From the NCBI RefSeq assembly GCF_009914755.1, contig NC_060930.1: a stretch of DNA of 64,000 nucleotides. One strand, 5' to 3'. This document shows positions 1-15,896 of this stretch, in pieces; position 1 is the stretch's first letter; every line of letters starts with the position of its first letter. The position numbers were made by a program, and so were the translations under genes. The notes beneath the pieces are model-generated. The model saw only the letters and a list, made by a program, of their open reading frames with translations, was not told the DNA's origin and searched no databases. This stretch comes from the human T2T-CHM13v2.0 reference genome, Homo sapiens.

Positions 1-484
1 AATAAAAAGAACCAGGGCTCTTTGGACAAATTTCTGATTCCAAAGCTAGGGCAGGGATATTACAAGATGAGCTTGGGACACCTTGTGGTACCAAAAAGAA
101 AAAGTGATCAAAAAAAAAAAAAAAAAAAAGTAGAGGCATGTTAATAGGACAAAAGAGCCTTCTTGAGGGAGCTCAATTATTTATTGAAATATAAATAACA
201 GTTATGGATTATAGCCCACAGAAAAAGTTAATTGCCACTTGTTCACACCATTTACATAATATATAAATAAATGAGGAAGAAGGGACAACTCTTATTTATA
301 ATAAAATTCTAATTTGTAAATGTAAAAAGAATTAATGAAATAGACAAACCCAGGAATAATTGACAAACACCACAGTAACACTTGTAGGCAAGAAGCATTT
401 GATGGTTGCTAAAATTAGTGGACAAAGATAGATGAGAAGCATGATATTTGCATAGTCTCCAAATATCTCTACAAGATACTTATT
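1..484 (+). mobile_element. Old L1M (L1MC-like) 3' region, left half; continues at 9645-10020
   Basis: L1MC-type 3'UTR sequence; reads through across the L1PA insertion (acaagatacttatt ... aattacaacaggaaaaatagtaactttacagtgg). Confidence 0.6.
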
Positions 485-3400
485 TTTTTATATGGTGTAT
501 GCCCCATAATGCCCCCTTTTTTATTATTATACTTTAAGTTCTAGGGTACATGTGCACAACGTGCAGGTTTGTTACATATGTATACATGTGCCATGTTGGT
601 TTGCTGCACCCATGAACTCGTAATTTACGTTAGCTATTTCTCCTAATGCTATCCCTCCCCTAGACCCCATGCCCCAACAGGCCCCTGTGTGTGATGTTCC
701 CTGCCCTGTGTCCAAGTGATCTCATTGTTCAGTTCCCACCTGTGAGTGAGAACATGTGGTGTTTGGTTTTCTGTCCTTGTGATAGTTTGCTGAGAATTAT
801 GGTTTCCAGCTTCATCCATGTCCCTGCAAAGAACATGAACTCATCCTTTTTTATGGCTGCATAGTATTCCATGGTGTATATGTGTCACATTTCCTTAATC
901 TAGTCTATCACTGATGGACATTTGGGTTGGTTCCTAGTTTTTGCTATTGTGAATAGTGGTGCAATAAACATACGTATGCATGTGTCTTTACACTAGCACG
1001 ATTTATAATCCTTTGGGTATATACCCAGTAATGGGATGGCTGGGTCAAATGGTATTTCTAGTTCTAGATCCTTGAGGAATCGCCACACTGTCTTTCACCA
1101 TGGTTGAACTAATTTACAGTCCCACCAACAGTGTAAAAGCGTTCCTATGTCTCCACATCCTCTCCAGCATCTGTTGTTTCCTGACTTTTTAACGATCACC
1201 ATTCTAACTGGTGTGAGATGGTATCTCATTGTGGTTTTGATTTGCATTTCTCTGATGACCAGTGATGATGAGCATGTTTGCATGTGTCTGTTGGCTGCAT
1301 AAATGTCTTCTTTTGAGAAGTGTCTGTTCACATCCTTTGCCCACTTTTTGATGGTTTTTTTTTTTTTCTTATAAATTTGTTGAAGTTCTTTGTAGATTCT
1401 GGATATTAGCCCTTTGTCAGATGGGTAGATTGCAAAAAAATTCTCCCATTCTGTAGGTCACCTGTTCACTCTGACGGTAGTTTCTTTTGCTGTGGAGAAG
1501 CTCTTTAGTTTAATTAGATTCCATTTGTCTATTTCGGCTTTTGTTGCCATTGTTTTTTGTATTTTAGTCATGAAGTCCTTGCCCATGCCTATGTCCTGAA
1601 TGGTATTGCATAGGTTTTCTTCTAGGGTTTTTATGGTTTTAGGTCTAACATGTAAGTCTTTAATCCATCTTGAATTAATTTTTTATAAGGTGTAAGGAAG
1701 GGATCCAGTTTCAGCTTTCTCCATATGGCTAGCCAGTTTTCCAAGCACCATTTATTAAATAGGGAATCCTTTCCCCATTGCTTGTTTTTGTCAGGTTTGT
1801 CAAAGATCAGATGGTTGTAGATGTGTAATGTTATTTCTGAGGGCTCTGTTCTGTTCCATTGGTCTATATATCTGTTTTGGTACCAGTACCATGCTGTTTC
1901 GGTTACTGTAGCCTTGTAGTATAGTTTGAAGTCAGGTAGTGTGATGCCTCCAGCTTTGTTCTTTTGGCTTAGGATTGTCTTGGCAATGTGGGCTGCTTTT
2001 TGGTTCCCTATGAACTTTAAAGTAGGTCTTTCCAATTCTTTGAAGAAAGTCATTGGTAGCTTGATGGGGATGGCATTGAATCTATAAATTACCTTGGGTT
2101 GTATGGCCATTTTCATGATATTGGTTCTTCATATCCATGAGCATGGAATGTTTTTCCATTTGTTTGTGTCCTCTTTTATTTCATTGGGCAGTGGTTTGTA
2201 GTTCTCCTTGAAGAGGTCCTTCACATCCCTTGTAAGTTGGATTCCTAGGTATTTTATTCTCTTTGTAGCAATTATGAATGGCAGTTCATTCATGATTTGG
2301 CTGTTATTGGTGTATAGGAATGCTTGTGATTTTTGCACATTGATTTTATATCCTGAGACTTTGCTGAAGTTTCTTAAGTTTGCTTAAGGAGATTTTGGCC
2401 TGAGACAATGGGATTTTCTTAATATACAATCATTTCTTCTGCAAACAGGGACAATTTGACTTCCTCTTTTCCTAATTGAATACCCTTTATTTCTTTCTCT
2501 TTCCTGATTGCCCTGGCCATAACTTCCAACACTATGTCGAATAGGAATGGTGAGAGAAGGCATCCTTGTCTTGTGCCAGTTTTCAAAGGGAATGCTTCCA
2601 GGTTTTGCCCATTCAGTATGATATTGGCTGTGGGTTTGTCATAAATACCTATTATTACTTTGAGATTCATTCCATCAATACCCAGTTTATTGAGAGTTTT
2701 TAGCATGAAGGGCTGTTGAATTTTGTTGAAGGCCTTTTCTGCATCTATTGATATAATCATGTGGTTTTTTTTGTCATTGGTTCTGTTTATGTGATGGATT
2801 ATGTGTATTGATTTGCGTATGTTGAACCAGCCTTGCATCCCAGGGATGAAGCCAACTTGATCGTCATCGATAAGCTTTTTGATGTGCTGCTGGGTTTGAT
2901 TTGCCAGTATTTTATTGAGGATTTTTGCATCAAAGTTCATCAGGGATATTGGTCTAAAATTTTCTTTTTTTATTGTGTCTCTGCCAGGTTTTGGTATCAG
3001 GATGATGCTGGCCTCATAAAATGAGTTAGGGAGGATTGCCTCTTTTTCTATTGATTGGAATAGTTTCAGAAGGAATGGTACCAGCTCTTCTTTGTACCTC
3101 TGGTAGAATTCAGCTGTGAATCCATCTAGTCCTGGGCTTATTTTGGTTGGTAGGCTATTAATTACTGCCTCAATTTCAGACCCTGTTATTCGTCTATTCA
3201 GAGATTCAACTTCTTCCTGGTTTAGTCTTGAGAGGGTGTATGTGTCCAGGAATTTATCCATTTCTTCTAGATTTTCTAGTTTATTTTCATAGAGGTGTTT
3301 ATAGTATTCTCTGATGGTAGTTTGTATTTCTGTGGGATCAGTGGTGATCTCTTCTTTATCATTTTTATTGCATCTATTTGATTCTTCTCTCTTTTCTTCT

Positions 3401-4819
3401 TTATTAGTCTTGCTAGTGGTCTATCAATTTTGTAGACCTTTTCAAAAAAACAGCTCCTGGATTCATTGATTTTTTGAAGGGTTTTTTTGTGCCTCTATCT
3501 CCTTCAGTTCTGCTCTGATCTTAGTTATTTCTTGCCGTCTGCTGGCTTTTGAAATTGTTTGCTGTTGCTTCTCTAGTTCATTTAATTGTGATGTTAGGGT
3601 GTCAATTTTAGATCTTTCCTGCTTTCTATTGTGGGCATTTAGTGCTATAAATTTCCCTCCACACACTGCTTTATATGTGTCCCAGAGATTCTGGTACATG
3701 GTAACTTTGTTCTCATTGGTTTCAAAAACATCTTTATTTCTCTCTTCATTTCGATATTTATCCAGTAGTCATTCAGAAGCAGGTTGTTCAGTTTACACGT
3801 AGTTGTGTGGTTTTGAGTGAGTTTCTTAATCCTGAGTCCTAATTTGACTGTACTGTGGTCTGTGAGACAGTTTGTTGTGATTTCTGTTCTTTCACATTTG
3901 CTGTGGAGTGCTTTACTTCCAATTATGTGGTCAATTTTAGAATAACTGTGATGTGGTGCTGAGAAGAATGTATATTCTATTGATTTAAGGTGGAAAGTTC
4001 TGTAGACGTCTATTAGGTCTGATTGGTGCAGAGCTGAGGCCAAGTCCTGGATGCACTTGTTAACCTTCTGTCTCATTGATCTGTGTAATATTGACAGTGG
4101 GGTGTTAAAGTCTCCCATTATTCTTGTGCGGGAGTCTAAGCCTCTTTGTAGGTCTCTAAGGACTTGCCTTATGAATCTGGGTTCTCCTGCATTGGATGCA
4201 TATATATTTTGGATAGTTAGCTCTTCTTGTTGAATTGATCTGTTTACCATTATGTAATGGCCTTCTTTGTCTCTTTTGACCTATGTTGGTTTAAAGTCTG
4301 TTTTATCAGAGACTAGGATCGCAACCCCTGGATTTTTTTTTGTTTTCCATTTCCTTGGCAGATCTTCCTCCATACTTTATTTTGAGCCTATGTGTCTCTG
4401 CATCTGAGATGGGTCTCCTGAATTTAGCACACTGATGGGTCTTGAATCTTTATACGATTTGCCAGTCTGTGTCTTTTAATTGGCGCAATTAGCCCATTTA
4501 CATTTAAGGTTAATATTGTTATGTGTGAATTTGATCCTGTCATTATGATGCTAGCTGGTTATTTTGCCCATTAATTGATGCAGTTTCTTCATAGCATCAA
4601 TGGTCTTTACAATTTGGCCTGTTTTTGCAGTGGCTGGTACTGGTTGTTCCTTTCTATTTTTAGTGCCTCCTTCAGGGGCTCTTGTAAGGAAGGCCTGGTG
4701 GTGACAAATCTCTCAGCATTTGCTTGTCTGTAAAGGATTTTATTTCTCCTTCACTTATGAAGTTTAGTTTGGCTGGATATGAAATTCTGGGTTGAAAATT
4801 ATTTTCTTTAACAATGCTG

Positions 4820-7483
<2,664 letters not shown>

Positions 7484-7886
7484 GAGTGCTGAATATTGGC
7501 CCCTACTCTCTTCTGGCTTGTAGGGTTTCTGCAGAGAGACCTGCTGTTAGTCTGATGGTTTCCCTTTGTGGGTAACCCAGCCTTTCTCTCAGGCTGCCCT
7601 TAACATTTTTTCCTTGATTTCAACCTTGGTGAATCTGATGCTTATGTGTCTTGTGTTTGCTCTACTCGAGGAGTATCTTTGCGGTGTTCTCTGTATTTCC
7701 TGAATTTGAATGTTGGTCTGCCTTGCTAGGTTGAGGAAGTTCTCCTGGATAATCTCCTGAAGAGTGTTTTCCAACTTGGTTCCATTCTCCCCATCACTTT
7801 CAGGTACAGCAATCAAACATAGATTTGGTCTTTTCACATAGTCCCATATTTCTTGGAGGCTTTGTTCATTTCTTTTTACTCTTTTT

Positions 7887-8180
7887 TTTTTTTTTTTTTG
7901 AGACAGAGTCTCGCTTTGTTGCCCAGGCTAGAGTGCAGTTACGTGATCTTGGCTCACTGCCAGCTCCCCCTCCTGGGTTCATGCCATTCTTCTGCCTCAG
8001 CCTCCTGAGTAGCTGAGACTATAGGTGCCCACCACCACACCCGGCTAATTTTTTGTATTTTTAGTAGCGATGGGGTTTCACTGTGTTAGGCAGGATGGTC
8101 TTGATCTCCTGACCTCATGATCCTCCCGCCTCGGCCTCCCAAAGTGTTGGAATTACAGGTGTGAGCCACCGCACCCGGCC
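7887..8180 (-). mobile_element. AluY-like SINE within L1 ORF1
   Basis: Dimeric Alu with poly(T); TSD tttactctttttt on both sides. Confidence 0.93.
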
Positions 8181-9644
8181 TTTACTCTTTTTTCTCTAAA
8201 CTTGTCTTCTCGCTTTATTTCATTAATTTGGTCTTCAATCACTGATATCCTTTCTTCCACTTGATCGAATAGGCTACTGAAGCTTGTGCATGTGTCACGA
8301 AGTTCTCATGCCATGGTTTTCAGCTCCTTCAGGTCAGGTAAGGTCTTCTCTACACTGTTTATTCTAGTTAGCTATCCATCTAACCTTTTTTCAAGGTTTT
8401 TAGCTTCCTTGCAATGGGTTAGAACATGCTCCTTTAGCTCAGAGAAGTTTGTTATTACTGACCTTCTGAAGCCTACTTCTGTCAACTCGTCAAAGTCATT
8501 CTCCATCCCGCTTTGTTCTGTTGCTGGCGAGGAGCTGCAATCCTTTGGAGGAGGAGAGGCGCTCTGGTTTTTAGAATTTTCAGCTTTTCTGCTCTGGTTT
8601 CTCCCCATCTTTGTGGTTTTACCTACCTTTGGTCTTTGATGTTGGTAACCTACAGATGGGGTTTTGGAGTGGATGTCCTTTTTATTGATGTTGATGCTCT
8701 TCCTTTCTGTTTGTTACTTTTCCTTCTAACAGTCAGGTCCCTCAGCTGCAGGTCTGTTGGAGTTTGCTGGAGGTCTACTCCAGACCTTGTTGGCCTGGGT
8801 ATCACCAATGCAGGCTGCAGAACAGCAAATATTGCATAACAGCAAATCTTGCTGCCTCAATCTTCCTCTGGAAGATTCATCCCAGAGGGGCACCTGCCTA
8901 TATGAGGTGTTTGTTGGCCCCTGCTGGGAGGTGTCTCCCAGTTAGGCTACAGGGGGGTGAGAGACCCACTTGAGGAGGCAGTCTGTCCATTCTCAGAGCT
9001 GAAATGTCATGCTGGGAGAACCATTGTTCTCTTCAGAGCTGTCAGACAGGGATGTTTAAGTCTGCAGAAGTTTCTGCTGCCTTTTTTTCAGCTATGCCCT
9101 GCCCACAGAGGTGGAGTCTATAGAGGCAGTAGGCCTTGCTGAGCGGTGGTGGGGTCTGCCCAGTTCAAGCTTCCCAGCCGCTTTGTTTACCTACTCAAGC
9201 CTCAGCAATGGTGGATGCCCCTCTCCCCACCAGGCTGCAGCGTCGCAGGTTGATCTCAGACTGCTGTGCTAGCAGTGAGTAAGGCTCCGTGGGCATGGGT
9301 CCCACCGAGCCAGGCACAGGAGAGAATCTCTTGGTCTGCCAGTTGCTAAGACCATGGGAAAAGCACAGTATTTAGGCGGGAGTGTCCTGTTTTTCCAGGT
9401 AGTCTGTCACGGCTTCCCTTGGCTAGGAAAGGGAAATCCCCTGACCCCTTCTACTTCCCGGGTGAGGCCACACCCTGCCATGCTTCGGCTTGCCCTCTGT
9501 GGGCTGCACCCACTGTCCAACCAGTCCCAATCAGATGAATCAGGTACCTCAGTCAGAAGTGCAGAAATCGTCTGTCTTCTGTGTGGATCACGCTGGGAGC
9601 TGTAGACCGGAGCTGTTCCTATTCATCCATCTTGGATGACAGTT

Positions 9645-10020
9645 ACAAGATATGTATTAATTACAACAGGAAAAATAGTAACTTTACAGTGGAGAAACTT
9701 GGTAGACACCAACTGAACTAAGTGATCATGGTTAGGGTCACTACTCATTATGTTATATTTGACAGAAAGTACCTCCTGAGATGATACACTGAGAAGAATA
9801 CAGCACTACTTCTGTGGTATTCTTGAGAAAATTATATAACCTGAATTTAATCATGAGGAAATATCGAGCTGTTAACATTTTGAATTTAAACATGAGGAAA
9901 TACGTAAGCTGTTAACATTTCGATAAGCTTGCTAAAGAATATATGGATACTTTCGGTACTATTTTTGCCACTTTTTTGGTAAATCTATTATTATTTCAAA
10001 ATAAAAAAAATTTAAAAGGA
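9645..10020 (+). mobile_element. Old L1M (L1MC-like) 3' end, right half
   Basis: L1MC-type terminal sequence ending in an A-rich tail. Confidence 0.6.
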
Positions 10021-10118
10021 ATAAATGAGGACCAAAAATGATATTTTATAAATACATTAATGGCAACAAATACAGATGGTATCCGGGAGGTATAATATGA
10101 AAAGTTATTATGAGTTAC

Positions 10119-10301
10119 TCCACATTTTAGTTTCAAATAGTCTATCAGTTATCAAAAGAGCAGATCTCTGAGAAAATTGGACACTGGATAAGTACATTTT
10201 GGCTTTGGTGAGGATAGGAAGGGACAAAAGTTTCAGTGTGCTTATCTCATCAGGGCTATACAATGGTAGACTTTGTAGCTTCAGGGGTGAGCAGGAGGAC
10301 C
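10119..10301 (-). pseudogene. Pseudo-exon
   Basis: Strong acceptor tttttcctcttttttgtcctgccttcag; ~60-codon open frame SPLKLQSLPLYSPDEISTLKLLSLPILTKAKMYL; donor gtaact. Confidence 0.45.
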
Positions 10302-10689
10302 CTGAAGGCAGGACAAAAAAGAGGAAAAATGCAAAAGAGAGAAGGGAAGAGAGAGCCCAGAATACAATTAGCCAGTGACCTGCTTATGGGAGTTAGCCAG
10401 CAAACACTAGGTCTTGCCCTATGTACAGATGAAGTTTTTCCACATCATTTAAAAATTATTTTAATTAGAAAATAACTCAACAACCATAAAATAATGAACA
10501 CCTTCACATTCAAATGGTACTAGTTGCAAGTGGCCACCACCTGTTAATTACGGGATTTAGAGAGAGCAGTTTCTCCAATTATTTGCATACTTTTCAATTC
10601 AACAAATATGTGTAAGTGTCTAACTATGGGTCAAGCTAGTGCTCCATCTGCATTGCTTTTGATATATCTATAGTACTAGTTATTAATCA

Positions 10690-10736
10690 TTAATACATAA
10701 TACATAATATACATAATACATAATACATAATAATAC
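10690..10736. repeat. (TAATACA)n short tandem repeat
   Basis: About six imperfect copies visible. Confidence 0.8.
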
Positions 10737-11069
10737 AGAGTGAACTGTAACCTAATTTGATGCGTAAGCAAACTGCAACCTACTCTTACAGCCAAATCTA
10801 ATAGCCAAATCTCAGCTAACCACAGGCAGCCAACTGCTCAAAGCAGGTTTGCTAAGGCAAACTCCAAGCCGTAACCAATCCAGCTGTTTCTGTTCCTCCC
10901 TTTTGTTTCCTGCACATCACTTTCCTTTTTCCGTTCATAAATGTTATCTGACCATGCAGCAGCCCTGGAGTCACTCTGAACCTATTCTGGTTCTGGGAAC
11001 TGTCTGATTTGTGAATTATTCTTTGCTCATTTAAACTCTGTTAAATTTATCTAAAGTTTTTCTTTTAAC
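10737..11069 (+). mobile_element. ERV1 LTR fragment (MER57-like)
   Basis: gtaaccaatccagctgtttctg ... ctctgaacctattctggttc ... aaactctgttaaatttatctaaagtttttcttttaac. Confidence 0.7.
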
Positions 11070-11189
11070 TGAATAAATGACACTTTCTTCTAATGAGGTA
11101 AAAATACTGCTGGCATAATTATTTCTAACACAGATTTGAAATCTAGATATAAAAAGGGGCATCTTGCATTCTCAAAAAAGTTAATAACT

Positions 11190-11400
11190 ATAAATAATAA
11201 TAGCCACTATTTATTGAGCACTTACTATGTGCCAGGTACTCACCATGTGCTTTTCATGCAGTATCTCATGTAATGTTTGTTAAACAGTATTGTTGTGCTG
11301 TTTAGAGATTAGGAAATGGAGATAGAGTTCAAGTAACTGCCCATCAAATAACCCCAAATCTGTTTTAACATCAGAGTCCTCAAATATAGTCATCATGCCA
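11190..11400 (-). mobile_element. MIR SINE
   Basis: atttattgagcacttactatgtgccagg core. Confidence 0.65.
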
Positions 11401-11459
11401 AATCTTTCAAGCCCACAGCAGGGTTCTCTCCAATGCTATTGCTTTATTTCACCACCCAC

Positions 11460-11959
11460 TGTTGTCTTATGACCATCACATAACAAGAGTAACTCCAGAC
11501 TCAAAGTATCCTGCCAGCAGAAGAGCAGGATATAGTTATTTTCCTTATCTGGATGGCTTACTTCTCTTTGTGATCTTATTTTGCACTTTATACATTCCAG
11601 AACTCAGTTCATTCGCTGCATTCTTTATGGGAAAAGACAGAACATAATGGGAAAAAGCATTTCTAAGATTCTACTAAAAGATTTCTGAAACTGAAACAGA
11701 TTATGTCTTTTAGCAGAAGGCTTATCTTTAAAGTTTTGTTATTATCAACCTTTAACCAGTCTCCAGATTTATAATTGCTCTATCTATAATCTAAGGAATC
11801 CCTACAGTGCTGGATTCTCAAAAGGTGAAAGTTCTAATCACCCAGGGGTCAGGGAAGACTTCAAGGAATTTAGTTTCTTTTCTCATTTCTGCCCCTTTGG
11901 CAATTCCCTTCACCTCTCCAATCTTTCTCTCCTTTGTCACTTTCTGGGATACATGAGAT
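11460..11959 (-). pseudogene. Two candidate pseudo-exons
   Basis: Acceptors cttctctttggcag (exon start 11959; SQKVTKERKIGEVKGIAKGAEMRKETKFLE) and tgtcttttcccataaag (11622; NAANELSSGMYKVQNKIT). Confidence 0.45.
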
Positions 11960-12191
11960 CTGCCAAAGAGAAGTCGAGTTACTCTATCCAGAGCCATTTT
12001 CTTTATTCACAGATTGCAGAGGAGAAATTCAAAGTTGAAAATTGTTCAGGCCCAAGAAAAATACATAAACAAGCAGCCAGTGTAGACACCAGAGGGAAAA
12101 AAAATGCTACACTTGGAAGAACTCCTTAATACCTTATTCGATAAAAATCTCCTGCCCTCCCAAACTATTCCTTTAAAACAAATGAGCCCAC

Positions 12192-12677
12192 TCATTCCTA
12201 AATGGTGATGCTGTGGTGACCCTATACCATAGCTTTCAACCCCCAGCTGTGTAGCCAGTCTCTATTAAACCATGCCTAGTATGTGCTCCCCAAGGGAATG
12301 TCCAGATTTTCTAGAAAAACAACAGTGGCTCTAGAACCTGAGGAGCTCTTCTAAAGATGGCAATGAGGCAACTTAAGTGCTACCAAAAGAATTCCTCATT
12401 GGCCAGGCTCCATGGGGAAACATCTGAGATCTAAACACTTAAGCCATGTGGCTGTCATATGTCTTCTATGTTTTTCAGGCCACTCAGATCCCAAATCGCA
12501 AGAAGTTGAAAAACATGGGATTTTCATGTAAATTCTGTACAATTACTCATAGGTGATGTTCTGCCACACATACTTGTAGGTGTGACATAAATCTGGACTT
12601 AGGAAATATGGTTTTTAAGAGCCTGTCATTGCTGTGGATTTAGTTTTAGGGAGCTATGAAGAAACTTTAGGCTGACC
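12192..12677 (-). pseudogene. Pseudo-exon
   Basis: Preceded by a ~100-nt polypyrimidine tract ending ctctgtcag; VSLKFLHSSLKLNPQQ*QALKNHIS*VQ. Confidence 0.5.
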
Positions 12678-13144
12678 CTGACAGAGTGGAAGGAACAAAA
12701 GAAGACAGCAGAGGGTATGAGAGAATCGGAGGAAGAAAAAAATTAGGAGGCAGAACAAAAGAGAAAAAAGTGAGAAGGAAGAGATGTTCAAGCCATATGT
12801 TTCTTATGGTGCGAAGGCATACATGAGGTGGAAAAGATTCCAGAAGAATTTTGCTATAAATGTAAAAATAGAATTGCCCATTTCTGGGTTAAGAATACAT
12901 TTCTTCCAGGAAGAGTGTTGTGTGTTTTGTTTTATTCTTAACCTGAGTCCCTTGACCCTTAAGTGGCTCATTGTATAAGCTGTGCGGAGTTCATGAATCC
13001 CTTGAAATTACCTACAATATGTGGCATGTTCAACTCTATGCATGTGTGGCAGTCTGGTTATATCAGTTTTTCAAATAGTTTTTTTTTCTTTTGCCCAAAG
13101 GAAGTTAAAACCAGGGCACAAAAAGGAATTTATTTGTAGTTTAC

Positions 13145-13205
13145 CTTGGATCACCAACTGAAGTTCTGAGTTCACTTAACTGTGAAAGGATTCATTACTC
13201 TATTC
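13145..13205 (-). pseudogene. Pseudo-exon (61 bp)
   Basis: Acceptor attttctcag, donor AAG|gtaaac; IE**ILSQLSELRTSVGDP; phase matches the next exon. Confidence 0.5.
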
Positions 13206-13849
13206 CTGAGAAAATTAATCCACGAATCTCAGACCTAGAAAAAATTGAAATGCTATGTGTCCCATTTATTTGCTTTCAGAAAGAACTATGGCCTAAAATA
13301 AGTGAAAATATATTCATTTTTCAACCTCTGCAGAGCAGATTGCCAAACCTTTTTTGGTAGCCTATTCATCTGTCACATTTCTCACCATAAGGAAGTTCTT
13401 CTTTATGTCAAGCCTAACTCCCTCATGCTGCAAAATAATTTGGTCTCATATGTTTAACAATGCAGCATTTTTGGACACTGTTATTATATCCATCCTCAGC
13501 TTTCTCCCAGTACTTCTGACTCTTCCATGAGTCATTCTCAAAACTATAAATCATCTTCACTGGCTTTCCTTTGAATTATTTCCCTTTTACGCTTTTCTCT
13601 AAATTCAGAAGTGAGGATACTGGAAAGAGATTGATAAAGCCCTCAGTTGATTGGTAGACTTCCCTATGGTCATTGGCTTACCACAGCCTATATGACATAT
13701 AATAGTAAGTTGCCAGAAATAAGAACTATAGGATTGCCCTATGAGAGTGAAATTATAAAATTAATATAAAACATCCCAGATTAAGACAGATTTAATGGGA
13801 AAAAAATCCAGAACCAACAGGATGGTCATTTGATTAAAGATCACATACT

Positions 13850-14096
13850 ATGAGAAAGATGGTGTTGCTCAGAAGAGGTGTTGATCAACCAGGAAAGCTT
13901 GAAAAGGGAGAATCACAGAGTTAGATCTTGGCAATGCCCACCCAAACAATATCCAGGGAAGAGGGTGTTGGTCAGGTTATTCTGACACTTGGCCACGATG
14001 GTCTCCTTGTGGAGATTGCTATAGTAGCTCTGAAATCTTGCTGTCATTACACCAACCATGGAACCCACTGGGGATTTGGCTGTCCTTGTCACTTGC
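13850..14096 (-). pseudogene. Pseudo-exon (3' end uncertain)
   Basis: Acceptor ctctgcttcctatag; QVTRTAKSPVGSMVGVMTARFQSYYSNLHKETIVAKCQNNLTNTLF. Confidence 0.45.
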
Positions 14097-14679
14097 CTAT
14101 AGGAAGCAGAGGTGCTATTCAGACCAACATGACTTTCTGGTCTCTGGCAGTTATATTTTTCATAGAAAGTTAACAAATTGGTATTCTGTTAGCACCCAAT
14201 TTGTGTCAGCCTGCTCTATATTTAATCAACTATATCATCAAAGAAAACAAATTTCTGCATCTGTAAGACAGAGTTAGACCCAGGGCAGAGGTGAATGCCA
14301 CCTCCTAGAGCCTTATCATTGCTTCCTCCCTGGATGCTTTATTCAAACTTGAGTTCTTCGTACTTTTCTTTAGGCAAAAGGAAGGCTGAACAATTCCTAA
14401 AGTTTCCAGAAGTTCTAAGACTCTGTTTTCATAATATCACCAAATAGTTTCTTTTTTTTTAACACATTTAGTCAGTCCATTTTTATTTATATGTGTGCAA
14501 TTTTGCATTTCTCCCACATGACTGTGCTTTATAAAAATCTAGCATTTTGTATATGCTTAATTTTTGATTCTAATCCTAATTCCAGTTCAACATGTTGGCC
14601 ACTCAATCTCTCATTTTACTGTCTAGCTTGTTGTCATGGGAAAATAAATGAATAAATGAGAATGGTCTCCTTTATATCA

Positions 14680-15060
14680 TTTGTCAACAGAAGATTGATA
14701 ATATTCTTCGGTGTGGTCTGCATGGGGAAGCCAAAGTCTGATTTGTTTGAGGTGACAAGTAGTAGTCACTCTTTGGAGACTGCTGGATGGTCTGTTGTTA
14801 ACCTGACATCATGCATTCCCTCCTATGTGATGTAGATGTGTAGGGAAATCCATTGCATAGAATGTTCTTTTTTGTGTGATTGCATATTAGAATTTGCCAG
14901 TGAAAACAATTGATGCAAGATTGGGAAGGCAGAGGGAAGAGAAGCCATTATGCCCAAGAACAATTGTTGCGGAGGCCAAACGTGTTGGTAAACAGGTTCC
15001 TTAGGCTTCTTCAGAGTGCCTGCTTTGCTGCTTCAGACTGCTCTGTTGGTGGAAGCTTTT
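14680..15060 (-). pseudogene. Pseudo-exon (3' end uncertain)
   Basis: Acceptor aatactctctag; EKLPPTEQSEAAKQAL*RSLRNLFTNTFGLR. Confidence 0.45.
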
Positions 15061-15282
15061 CTAGAGAGTATTGGGAATTTCATCCATTTCCCCCCAAAAT
15101 TTAGAGGACATACATTTTAGGTTAAGGTAACTGTTTCCCTAGCCTCTAACCTATACAGCCTCCCTAACCCTCACTCCTCAGCTCTGTCCATATCCCAGAG
15201 GCCCTAATTCCTCTGTGAAACCCCTTTAATCCTATCACACATGTCAAAGCCCAACTAATTCAGATACCAGGTAATGATGTAC

Positions 15283-15377
15283 CTATATTTTTCCAGGTTT
15301 CTGAAGAAGTTATATGTGACAAATTCAAAAGTCTTGCAAAGTCAGGAAAGATTATATCTATTATTTTGCATTGTACC
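15283..15377 (-). pseudogene. Pseudo-exon (95 bp)
   Basis: Open VQCKIIDIIFPDFARLLNLSHITSSETWKNI; phase 2 start and phase 1 end match both neighbours. Confidence 0.5.
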
Positions 15378-15572
15378 CTAGCCAGATATTTTGTTATAAA
15401 AGTTTAAACCAACAGGACTTTTTCTTTACAAATCAATGATGATAATTCCTTATATTTCAGTCCTCTTCAGGGTGCTTATTAACTGATTTTGGTATCCCTC
15501 TGAATCATACACTTTGTGATATGATTTTTATTAGCCTTGCTCTACTCCACAATCAAATACGAGAAAACTTAC

Positions 15573-15789
15573 CTGGAGGTTAAATCCTGAAGGGAAGGTA
15601 AACATAAAGTCTATTGGTTATGATATCAAATGTTTACTTGAGTAAAAGAAAATGTTTTTTATTGAACTTTAGCATTTTCTTCCTAACATTGGCAGGTTTA
15701 TACATTAATATTAGCTTCTAAACAGGTATCCAACTCAGAACTCTTCATTGATGGTCCATCCCTAGCGAAGTGTCCTTAACTCATTGGCT
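15573..15789 (-). pseudogene. Pseudo-exon (217 bp)
   Basis: Strong acceptor ttcctttttcttcttcag, consensus donor CAG|gtaagt; ANELRTLR*GWT/SMKSSELDTCLEANINV*TCQC*EENAKVQ*...LCLPSLQDLTS. Confidence 0.7.
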
Positions 15790-15896
15790 CTGAAGAAGAA
15801 AAAGGAATATGACACTAGCAGGCATCATGTGCATTTAAACAAAGTCACCCTTAAAGAAATGCTGTAACTCATACATGCAACTTAAAAGCAGTCACC

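Noticed and set aside
13913-14277. Overlapping 80-90 aa ORFs as a stand-alone small gene
   Set aside because: No promoter or poly(A) support; better explained as a fossil internal exon and its antisense shadow.
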